Below, in pieces: positions 49,751-58,473 of a DNA stretch of 64,000 nucleotides. Location: assembly GCA_040217195.1 (NCBI GenBank), contig JAVJNR010000004.1, forward strand, positions 448,001 through 512,000, read 5' to 3'. How positions within the stretch are numbered: position 1 is the stretch's first letter; each line of letters begins with the position of its first letter. The position numbers were made by a program, and so were the translations under genes. The notes under the pieces were generated by a model, which saw only the letters and a program-made list of their open reading frames with translations, made no database searches and was not told where the DNA came from. This stretch comes from Leptospiraceae bacterium. Its GTDB lineage: Bacteria > Spirochaetota > Leptospiria > Leptospirales > Leptonemataceae.

Positions 49751-51777
49751 AGGATCACCTCCAGATACATGGCATCGGCAGGAGAATCGACGGCAAGTTC
49801 GCTCAACCTGGGCACTGGATTTCCCTGCAGTCTGGAAGTTTCGTCCGAATCATTTCCAGAAACAATGTAGAGCGCCTTCAGACCTTTTAGGTCCGGCTTA
49901 AGGTTTCCTGGCTCAACCATGGTTCTTTTTGCCGAACCGTTGGAAGTGACTGGATACAGATTTAGAGTCGCCGACGATTGTATTTCAATCTCCCCTGTAG
50001 TCTTATGGATCAGGACTATGAAATCCAATTCTTTACCAACAAGTGGCTCCATTGATTCCATGTATTGATCCGGCATCTGCTGCAGTAGCCTTCGGCTTAT
50101 GCGGAAAACATCGCTATGGACTCTGGTGGTTTCCAGTTTATCCTCTCTATCTGCAATGACCCAGACGGATAGAAAATGGGAATCTTCAAAAAGGCCATGG
50201 GTATGTTTTCTGGCTTTATCCAGAATATCCACCGCACTCTTATGTTTCATGAAGCTTCGAACCAGGTTTCCCAGTTCATTTCTTCTACGCTTTTCTTCCA
50301 GTCGAAAGTTTTCGCCTGTTAATGATGTCACAGTTTCCTGCAGAGATCGGCTCAGTCTGGTAAGACTTCCGGAAAGATGTGTGAGCTCTGCAGGATTTTC
50401 TACATGGATTTCATTTCCGAATCCGCCAGCTGCAACCTGAAGTGCGGATTGCTTCAATTCATAGATAGGCCTTGTGAGTCGTTCCGTAATAAAGTAGGCG
50501 ATTACCAGACCAGCAACCAGGGCCACCACACCAATGATTACAACCTGCAACAATGCCAGACGAGTGGCACTTTCAATTATATCGATATTAACATCTGCAC
50601 CTGCATAAGCCACTGCATCCCCCTGCTCATTGAGGATTGGCACATAGGAAGATTTCAAGAGTCCCCAGTCTTCCCAGTCTGCAATGGGCGAAAGATAGAT
50701 TTCTCTTTTTAGAATTACATCTCTTATATCGTCCTGAGCTTCATTACTGTCCGCAACGCCCACATTCGAATGGATATCGCTCTGGGTGGAATCCAGGGCA
50801 TAATTGATATGAGTTTCCCGGTCCACAAGGATGGCCGAATAAAGAAAAGTAATCCCTGTATTCTTTCTTACCCGAATCATCGGATCTACCAGGTTTCCAT
50901 AAATGGTCTGAGCCTCCTGGGGCCCAAAACCGATTCCGGTTAATTCCCGAATCGCACCAGATTCCATGTTAATCGTAATCAGAGCTGCAGTGGATACTCC
51001 ATAATAGGTTCTGCTCAGCGGATCATATACAATGGAGAATACACCAAAACGATACGGCTCCCCATTCTTTGTTAACTTAATGGACTTGCTAATCTTGCCA
51101 TCTTCTGGATTCAGAAAAACTATCTGCCGATTGTTTGTGTCTGTAGCCACCAGGCTTTTTCCGTCTGCAGCCACCGATAATCCTGTCAGTGGAGATTCCA
51201 GAGTAACCACTTCTTCCGGTTCGCCTGCCTTTCCGTTCACAATAGGCACCCGAATCAATCGCTCGCCGGCGCAATATAGAGCACCATCGATGTAGCCCAC
51301 TCCAACGCAATAATCATCAATGCCTGCGAAGGTCTCTGTTTTACCTGTTCGCGGATCAATGGAAACGATGGATGCATCTCCGTTTTCATCCTCCGGGCTG
51401 GCTGCGTAAATCATTCCATTTGCAGACGTAATATCGGTTGTATAGTAAGGCTCTGGATCCAGAGGCCTGGTTTGAGTAAATCGTGCAGGAGGATTCAGTA
51501 GAAGCAGATCCGGAGCAACCGCATACCTTGCATACATCTTACCACCATCAATGGTAAGACCTCGAATCTGGGTTAGCTGTACAATCTGATCATGGTCTTC
51601 GCCGCTTACAAAAGAGGCCACAACAGTGCTGGCTGCCAGGAGTTTCTGATCAAACGTTAGAAGAATCTTTCTATAAAGATCGGAATAAACGACTCGCCCG
51701 AGAAAAATAGTAAGAGCGACCAGAGCAACAGTGATCACTACAAAGAAGAAAGACCTTAGTTTGAGTTGCAGCCTCAT
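49747..51777 (-). CDS. Membrane sensor: Cache-like domain with beta-propeller-like insert, HAMP, divergent cytoplasmic tail
   Basis: TM1, short beta repeats (IVSIDPRTG, IVFLNPEDG, LITINMESG), DWGLLKSSYVPILNEQG...GAD, TM2 and HAMP (ELTHLSGSL). Confidence 0.72.
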   Translation of the reverse strand: MRLQLKLRSFFFVVITVALVALTIFLGRVVYSDLYRKILLTFDQKLLAASTVVASFVSGEDHDQIVQLTQIRGLTIDGGKMYARYAVAPDLLLLNPPARFTQTRPLDPEPYYTTDITSANGMIYAASPEDENGDASIVSIDPRTGKTETFAGIDDYCVGVGYIDGALYCAGERLIRVPIVNGKAGEPEEVVTLESPLTGLSVAADGKSLVATDTNNRQIVFLNPEDGKISKSIKLTKNGEPYRFGVFSIVYDPLSRTYYGVSTAALITINMESGAIRELTGIGFGPQEAQTIYGNLVDPMIRVRKNTGITFLYSAILVDRETHINYALDSTQSDIHSNVGVADSNEAQDDIRDVILKREIYLSPIADWEDWGLLKSSYVPILNEQGDAVAYAGADVNIDIIESATRLALLQVVIIGVVALVAGLVIAYFITERLTRPIYELKQSALQVAAGGFGNEIHVENPAELTHLSGSLTRLSRSLQETVTSLTGENFRLEEKRRRNELGNLVRSFMKHKSAVDILDKARKHTHGLFEDSHFLSVWVIADREDKLETTRVHSDVFRISRRLLQQMPDQYMESMEPLVGKELDFIVLIHKTTGEIEIQSSATLNLYPVTSNGSAKRTMVEPGNLKPDLKGLKALYIVSGNDSDETSRLQGNPVPRLSELAVDSPADAMYLEVIL

Positions 51778-54700
51778 TTGCTCAGCGCCTCCAGAATTGC
51801 AATGGCAGCTTGAGGATCGCTTTCAAGCATCTCCTCCAGGGAGCTACGAGGAATTTCCAGGTAGGAACCGGACTTCATGGTAACCGTGGCACGACGGGTA
51901 ATTTGATCTTCCGAGCCTCTTGCATTTCCGTTCTCATCCGCACCCGGAACAGAAAGATGCCCGGGACCTGTGCCCAGGGTTTCGAGCATTTCATAGCCGG
52001 TATCTTTGCCGTACCTGGAACCGCTACTGACTTCAAATTTTCCCTGCACTGCCAGAAACAGTGCTTCAGCTGGATCACCTGATTTATATAGAGTTGTATT
52101 GTCTGCCACTCTGTACGTTGCTTCCACGGCCGGGCTACGTAGATTCAATACAGAAAGGCCTCCGAGTACTGGCTCAGATTTTAAAGCCTGCAGGCGCTCC
52201 ACTGGATTCATGGGATGGTCCGGTCCTTCGCTCAACGATAGATAAACACTTCTTGCAATGGGGCCGCTGAATGGCTCCGAGCGATAGATTCTATCCAGGG
52301 ATTTTTCTCCCCGGGACTCATACAGAGCCTGACTGGCCAGAGCTTTCTCCAGGTCGTTCTTACTCTTGAGTGCCTTTTCCAGTATTGCCTGCGCCGAGTC
52401 CCGGGAACCCGAGAAGTTTCTGTAATAGAACTGGATCTTCTCTTCCAGGGGCCGCGAATCCACCAGAGGCAAAATATTTCTAAAGACCGTTCTATGGACA
52501 CTTTGCTCCAGGGTCTCGATGGAGTCCCCGCGCATTCTGGGATTGGCAGATCTTAAAGAAGCAGCGATTTGCTCATAGTCCGGGATTCTGCCAGCCAGCG
52601 CAAGTAGCTCCAGAACAAATTCCAGAGTCACCTGCTGCATATCCTGGTAGTACTGACCCAGCAACTGAATGGAAGGCGAAGTTTCTTCGCTGTGCTGCAA
52701 CAAATAGGCCCGGTCAAGGTAAAGATAGGAAGTCTGAATCTCAGTATTTACGATTTCAGCCACCATGGAATCCAGCTGAGCAAAAGAAAGATGCGAAAGG
52801 GTTCTAGCAGCCAGGGACCTGGATCGATAGGGCAAAGTATCATTGTCCAGAACGGCCACAATGGCCGGTACTGATTTCAGTCCCAGAGACCTGGCAAACA
52901 TCTCCACCCGTCGACGCTGGCGGGGATTGAACTCCTGAGCCATGCGAAACAATGGAAATAGACTCTCTGCATCCTGGATCCTTTCCAGGATTTCAATTCC
53001 TCGAAAGCGATCCTCTTCCGATGCATGCTCCATAGTTCTTAGAATTCGTGGAATTAATCGACTGGAGGCAGGGCCTACAAGCATTCGAATGCTTTCCAGG
53101 GCCCGGCTTCGCATCTCTGCAGAGGGATCATCCAGATAGGCGACCAGAGAATGGGCATAACTTTCTTTATTTGTAAATCCAAAGGCTGAGATGGCACTGG
53201 CCTTTTCTTCTTCGCTACCGTCCAATAATGTGCGAAGCTCATCCAGAGCCATAAAGTTATCTTGCAGATCCCTGCTGTTCCATAGAGCTACCACAGCGGC
53301 TTCTCTATCTCCGGCAGAATCTGAAGCCAGTAGTGGCATGGCCTTTCGGGAAGGAATTAGACCATGACTTCCCAGTTCCCTCAATACCGATACAGGAAAG
53401 GATTGCTGCTCCTGTTCTGCCCATTGAATGACTCTCTGGACTACAAAGCTGTCCTCTTCTTCCAGGATTTCAGCCAGGATTTCGGATCGTTCTGTCTGTC
53501 GCCTGGGATCTTCAGAAAATGAAAGAATCAATGATTCCAGAGCGGCGGCTTTCCTTCTAAGACCCAGAAACCTTATGGAGCTGAAGTGGGCTGCGGAATC
53601 AGGATTAAGAGAATCCAGCTGAAAGCTTTCCAGATCTGCTTCGCTGAACTTCTCTCTAAGTTCCTTGCGTGAAAGGGAGAAATTCAGCCATTCCTTTCGC
53701 AGGTTTTCCATAATGGCCGTGGGATAGCGATTACGAAGCAGGAATGCAACTCCCATATGCAAGAATGCCAGACCCAGACCAATAGCCGCCAGGTTTTCCA
53801 GCGAAAACCAGTCCACGGAACCGGCCATGGTGGAGCCAGCCAGAAGCAGTATAAAACCCGCCACCGCGGTGGCCAGAGGATCCATCAAACCTTCGGTAAA
53901 AGTTCGAATCTCCTTCTTTACTTCGGAAGGAGAGGCATTAAACAGAAAATTCCAGTTATTCGCATCGAAGGATAAATAGAAACCATGATAGGCCAGAAAG
54001 CCAAAAATCGCAGCTTTTTCGCCGCCTTCAAAATAGAAAAACACAAAGGCAATTAGATAGATGGCCGGTTGCACCAGCAGGGCGTTCTTCACCCCAATGA
54101 GCACAATGATTCTATTAAAGAGAAAGAAGTTGATCACTACACTGACCAGGTTCACTACAAGAAAAAGCTGACCAAACTTGGTGGCCAATTGCTGCTCTGT
54201 AGCGTTAGCAGCGAAGATATCCAGATACTGAAACTCGGTAAATGTTGTAAGAATTAGAGTTCCAAACATTACCAGATTGATGAGCAATACGTAGGAAGAT
54301 TTCCCAGCGGTTTTCAGAACTTTGCTATTTTGTTCCAGGAAGCCTTCATTGTTTTGCTCCACATCGTCATCGATCTTTCGCTCCGTCCTTCGCAGATGCA
54401 TGGCTACGAAAATGGACAACACCGCCATCAAAGGCCAGAGCAGAAAAATCCAATGACTTCCAATAACGCCTGAGAAGGCAGTAACCAGACCACCACCCAG
54501 AGCGCTACCAATGGCCAGGCCTCCGCCAAAGATCGGGTACAGTCGTTTCGCATCTAGAATATCAAAGTATCCATCCACCAGGTTCCAGAACAATGTAAAC
54601 AGAGAGACCAGCCAGATGTAAGCGTACAGACGAAGAAGGTACAGTACGATACTGGATTCGCCCAGAGCGGGAAACCATCCACTCAATGCAACGAAGAAGA

Positions 54701-54986
54701 ATAATCCACCGCCAATCAAAATGTACTGAATCAAGTCGAATACTCGATCAATGCCCATACGAGCCGTGGAAAAAGATAAGAACGGAACAAAAAGCACCAT
54801 TACCACCGGCGCAATCACGTATACGATGGGCAGACTGGATGCTCCCAGACGAGAAAGGAAAACCGAATCAGCAATGGAAAGCCCTACTGCCACCCCGGCC
54901 TGCAGCAGAGCAGCCAGCAACGTGAAGAGCAAAAGTCTTCGCCCTTCTCCTGGATATACCTTGAATAGTCGCTGAATAAAGGCCAA
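51774..54986 (-). CDS. NTT/TLC (ATP/ADP translocase-like MFS) - HEAT repeats - cNMP-binding domain fusion
   Basis: About 12 TMs with VYPGE...DSVFLSRLG..SLP and FWNLVDGYFDILDAKRLYP. HEAT-like repeats (LDDPSAEMRSRALE; RMRGDSIETLE) and a C-terminal CNB-like domain (LYKSGDPAEALFL..QG...RRATV). Confidence 0.85.
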   Translation of the reverse strand: MAFIQRLFKVYPGEGRRLLLFTLLAALLQAGVAVGLSIADSVFLSRLGASSLPIVYVIAPVVMVLFVPFLSFSTARMGIDRVFDLIQYILIGGGLFFFVALSGWFPALGESSIVLYLLRLYAYIWLVSLFTLFWNLVDGYFDILDAKRLYPIFGGGLAIGSALGGGLVTAFSGVIGSHWIFLLWPLMAVLSIFVAMHLRRTERKIDDDVEQNNEGFLEQNSKVLKTAGKSSYVLLINLVMFGTLILTTFTEFQYLDIFAANATEQQLATKFGQLFLVVNLVSVVINFFLFNRIIVLIGVKNALLVQPAIYLIAFVFFYFEGGEKAAIFGFLAYHGFYLSFDANNWNFLFNASPSEVKKEIRTFTEGLMDPLATAVAGFILLLAGSTMAGSVDWFSLENLAAIGLGLAFLHMGVAFLLRNRYPTAIMENLRKEWLNFSLSRKELREKFSEADLESFQLDSLNPDSAAHFSSIRFLGLRRKAAALESLILSFSEDPRRQTERSEILAEILEEEDSFVVQRVIQWAEQEQQSFPVSVLRELGSHGLIPSRKAMPLLASDSAGDREAAVVALWNSRDLQDNFMALDELRTLLDGSEEEKASAISAFGFTNKESYAHSLVAYLDDPSAEMRSRALESIRMLVGPASSRLIPRILRTMEHASEEDRFRGIEILERIQDAESLFPLFRMAQEFNPRQRRRVEMFARSLGLKSVPAIVAVLDNDTLPYRSRSLAARTLSHLSFAQLDSMVAEIVNTEIQTSYLYLDRAYLLQHSEETSPSIQLLGQYYQDMQQVTLEFVLELLALAGRIPDYEQIAASLRSANPRMRGDSIETLEQSVHRTVFRNILPLVDSRPLEEKIQFYYRNFSGSRDSAQAILEKALKSKNDLEKALASQALYESRGEKSLDRIYRSEPFSGPIARSVYLSLSEGPDHPMNPVERLQALKSEPVLGGLSVLNLRSPAVEATYRVADNTTLYKSGDPAEALFLAVQGKFEVSSGSRYGKDTGYEMLETLGTGPGHLSVPGADENGNARGSEDQITRRATVTMKSGSYLEIPRSSLEEMLESDPQAAIAILEALSK

Positions 54987-54989
54987 TAT

Positions 54990-55793
54990 CTACTCCCGGA
55001 GCTCTGCGGCATTAATGCCGCTTTCCTGAATTTTCTGAAGAAGCAGGCGAGCGCTATTTCTTTGCTCTGGAAGGGGGGCTCTTCTTGCAGCAAATGTCAG
55101 ATCTGGTTTTGCACGATCAAACTCACCCAGTTCAATCAGGGCCATACCCCTGTAGAACCGTGCAAGTGCAAACTCAGTATTGGATTCACCCAGACTCTGA
55201 ATAAATGGATTCAGTATGCCCAGAGCTCTATAAAATTGCTTTTTCTGTAGTGCTTGCGCAGCTTCATCCAGTGGATGCTTCCTCGCGTCTGTGGGCTGGT
55301 TCTCCGTCAAGTCCAGGCCTGGCTTCCCATCGGACTGGCTCGGCCTGGTCGGCTGTTCAGTCTGTTGATGGGCCATCTTGTTTTCGCTCAAGACCCGACT
55401 CAATGTATCTTTCAATCGTTGGGGCCCGGGATATCCATCGATGCGGGCAATGATGCTTCCGTCCGGTTGCAGTATCAGTAGAGTTGGATAGCCCCTTGCA
55501 TGGAAATCGCTGGCCACCTGGGGCTGCCGGTCTCCATCTATGCTAACCGTTATAAACTGAGCCAGCAATGACTTGATTTCTGGACGGGGATAATCCTCTT
55601 TCTGCAATCTTTGACAATAACCACACCATTCGGTGACCACCTGAACAAAGACCAGACTGTGATTTTCTCGAGCTGCCTTTAAGCCTTCTGGCAGCGAAGA
55701 TTTCCAGTGAATCTCCTGGGCCTGAAGACTGGCCGCGAAGAAAAATAGAAGGGCTACTACAAATCTAATCCACATCCCTTGCAAATAATCCAA
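54990..55793 (-). CDS. Exported thioredoxin-family protein with C-terminal TPR
   Basis: Signal peptide, WCGYC, cis-Pro loop GYPT and C-terminal TPR (ARFYRGMALIELGEFDRA). Confidence 0.85.
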   Translation of the reverse strand: MDYLQGMWIRFVVALLFFFAASLQAQEIHWKSSLPEGLKAARENHSLVFVQVVTEWCGYCQRLQKEDYPRPEIKSLLAQFITVSIDGDRQPQVASDFHARGYPTLLILQPDGSIIARIDGYPGPQRLKDTLSRVLSENKMAHQQTEQPTRPSQSDGKPGLDLTENQPTDARKHPLDEAAQALQKKQFYRALGILNPFIQSLGESNTEFALARFYRGMALIELGEFDRAKPDLTFAARRAPLPEQRNSARLLLQKIQESGINAAELRE

Positions 55794-55900
55794 GGAACAA
55801 CAATGGCTTCAACACATTCCCGAATCAATACATCTTTTTTCTGCTGTTAACAGAGGCAGGTCAAATATCATTAAGTGCAGCGCACACATCATTGCTGGTC

Positions 55901-56728
55901 TCAGATTTTTTCAGCTCCGAACAATCCGGAAATCAGCAATGAATAAGACTCATTGATTCTACGGGCTCGTTCCAATCCTTCTGGATTACGGTCAGGATGA
56001 TATCGTAGCATCAGGGATCGAAACTGCTTTTTCAGATCTTCCATTTCCGGAACATAATCCAGCTCCAATTCTTTTAGAGCGTCGCGCAATTCCTGATTCA
56101 AATCCGCCGTTTTGTCTTCTTTGCGATTGGGAAATAGAATCCCGAAACAATGTTTGAACAGTACTTCCCAGTCCAGTTGGCCACCTAGAAAGCAGCGATG
56201 CAAATGGGCGTGCAACAAGGACCGACTGATGGGATAATCTTCGATTTGCAGATACTGTAGATAGAGTTCGATTGCGTAATCAATCAGCTTGTTGCGTTCA
56301 AAGGAAGCATCCATATAGAACATGTACCCATCATCCGGATCCAGGCAGCCCGCCAGAGCAGTGTCCAGAAGATCTGGATCCACAACATGGGATTGAATTC
56401 TGTTCAATACCACGGAAACAAAGAACTCTTGAAATTCGATTAGACGGGGCGTTGAAAAATGCAGACCCGCGGCTTCCAGTCTTTGCAGCACATCCGGAAA
56501 ATGTGGCTCCAGCAAATCCACCAGCTCAAACATGGAGTCCTGATCAAAATCATCCGGTAGATCCGCAAATCCCTGGGTGGGCGAACCAAACCGAGAATTA
56601 TACCGAAAGCGAAGATATTCCTCAAGGCTCATACCCAGCAACTCAAGAACATCCATTACCGGTATCTGAAATTCGGTACCAAGAGATCTGGTGCGAATCT
56701 CTTCTATTATTTCATCAAGTTCGTCCAT
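55901..56728 (-). CDS. C-terminal J-domain (DnaJ-like) protein
   Basis: LKKQFRSLMLRYHPDRNP...INESY. ORF extends to 56824; likely start ATG 56728. Confidence 0.82.
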   Translation of the reverse strand: MDELDEIIEEIRTRSLGTEFQIPVMDVLELLGMSLEEYLRFRYNSRFGSPTQGFADLPDDFDQDSMFELVDLLEPHFPDVLQRLEAAGLHFSTPRLIEFQEFFVSVVLNRIQSHVVDPDLLDTALAGCLDPDDGYMFYMDASFERNKLIDYAIELYLQYLQIEDYPISRSLLHAHLHRCFLGGQLDWEVLFKHCFGILFPNRKEDKTADLNQELRDALKELELDYVPEMEDLKKQFRSLMLRYHPDRNPEGLERARRINESYSLLISGLFGAEKI

Positions 56729-56786
56729 ACAATAGCTGCACTTCGCAGCGCCGAAATTGAATAATGAAACCTGCCTGGTTTGTGCT

Positions 56787-58457
56787 CTAAAGTGGCTCTG
56801 CCAGAATTGAGGGTAACGCTCCACCGGTTAACTCTTCCAGACGATCCAGTAATGGCTCCAGATTCCAGCCTTCCTGAGCACTTACATAGACACGATCAGG
56901 TCGATCCTCTTTCTGGTATTCCAGACGCTGCGCCATGGGAAGCCGATCTACTTTATTGTAAACACGAAGCACTGGAATTTCTGTTAGCCCCAGGTCCCCA
57001 AGGATTTCTTCTACGTCGCGAATCTTTTCATCCCTGGCAGGATCGGACACATCAATGCAATGTAGTAGTAGATCCGAGTCAGCCAATTCTTCAAGGGTTG
57101 CCTGAAATGCCTTCCTCAACTCCGGGGGCAGATCATGAATGAAGCCCACTGTATCGGTTAGAATGATCTCTCGCTCTTCTGGAAAGCGCAACCTGCGTGT
57201 AGTTGGGTCCAGAGTAGCAAACAGTCGATTCTCCTGCATCACTTCCGAATTGGTGAGCTTGTTTAACAGAGTAGACTTTCCCGCATTCGTATACCCAACA
57301 ATGGAGCAAACGGGTACCGCTGAATCATCCCTCCTTCTTCGATTCAGAAGACGACGCTTCTTTATAGAAGAAAGCTCTTTATCCAGTCGGCGAATTTTAT
57401 CCTCAACTCGCCTTCGGCCAATCTCGAGCTTGGTTTCACCGGGGCCACGGCCTCCGATTCCACCGGTAAGTCTGGACATGTTATCATCTGTTTCGCTGAG
57501 TCGCCCTTTCAGATAGCGCAGTTGTGCCAGTTCTACCTGCAACTTACCGTCTCTGCTACGAGCATTACGAGCAAATATATCCAGAATCAATTGAGTACGA
57601 TCCAGAATTTTAAGATCTGTGAGCGTAGAAAGTCGAATGGCCTGAGCCGGGCTGAGCTCCATATCAAAAACCAGGGTATCTGCATTTTGCTGTACGCCTG
57701 CAATGGCAATCTCTCGAATCTTTCCGGAACCCAGCACAGTGGAAGGATCCAGAGTGGCTCGATTTTGAACAAAGGTTTGCACCGGATCCACACCGGCCGT
57801 ATGACATAGCTCCTTCAATTCTGCGATGGAATCCTCCGGTGCCCGTCTCTGCCTGGAGGCGCGGGTATAAACACCTACAAGAATAGCTCGGGGCATTCCG
57901 CCAGCACTACGGGTCACTTCCTCAAAGCGTTTGAATTGCTGATCCAGCTCCGCGAACCTTTCTTCCAGGTCTTCCGGTAGCTGCCCCGGACGACAGGGTT
58001 GCTCCATAGAATAGCCGGGCTTATTCCCGGGAGCAATATAAGCGCAATGGAAATTCTCCGGAAGACCGTGTGCATCTATGGTAATGGCGCAGGCAGCATC
58101 CAGACGAAGCAAAGTCAGGTCAGACAAATCCTCTTCTGTTAAAGGTTCCCGCTTCAAATGAGTGTGAATAAGACGGATGCCCCGAAGGCGCTGGGCCCTT
58201 TCTCGGCCCAGGGAAGGAATCCAGATGCGACTATCGTCGCCTACCATAGTATCCAGGACATGCCCCTGGCGATCCACCAGGACTCCTATCTGACGACCCA
58301 GTTCCTGGGAAAGTCCGGTCAGTTGCCTGGCGAATTCCTGACTGACTATGGCTTCTGGTCTCAGTTTCCGTTGACCCAGTTTTTTCAAGCGCGCAAGTTG
58401 CGCCGGTTTCAATCGATTCAGGTTACCTGTGAGACGAGCTATGGCTGCACCCTCCAA
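56787..58457 (-). CDS. hflX: GTPase HflX, long form with N-terminal extension
   Basis: DRTQLILDIFA, GPGETKLE, GYTNAGKST, LFATLDPT, DTVGF, NKVD. Confidence 0.96.
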   Translation of the reverse strand: MEGAAIARLTGNLNRLKPAQLARLKKLGQRKLRPEAIVSQEFARQLTGLSQELGRQIGVLVDRQGHVLDTMVGDDSRIWIPSLGRERAQRLRGIRLIHTHLKREPLTEEDLSDLTLLRLDAACAITIDAHGLPENFHCAYIAPGNKPGYSMEQPCRPGQLPEDLEERFAELDQQFKRFEEVTRSAGGMPRAILVGVYTRASRQRRAPEDSIAELKELCHTAGVDPVQTFVQNRATLDPSTVLGSGKIREIAIAGVQQNADTLVFDMELSPAQAIRLSTLTDLKILDRTQLILDIFARNARSRDGKLQVELAQLRYLKGRLSETDDNMSRLTGGIGGRGPGETKLEIGRRRVEDKIRRLDKELSSIKKRRLLNRRRRDDSAVPVCSIVGYTNAGKSTLLNKLTNSEVMQENRLFATLDPTTRRLRFPEEREIILTDTVGFIHDLPPELRKAFQATLEELADSDLLLHCIDVSDPARDEKIRDVEEILGDLGLTEIPVLRVYNKVDRLPMAQRLEYQKEDRPDRVYVSAQEGWNLEPLLDRLEELTGGALPSILAEPL

Positions 58458-58473
58458 TCCTTAGACATGAGCT

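Noticed and set aside
51774..54986. Interpreting the NTT-like gene as evidence of energy parasitism
   Set aside because: It is the HEAT/cNMP-fused type found in free-living bacteria, and the window encodes intact biosynthetic genes; the substrate cannot be read from sequence.
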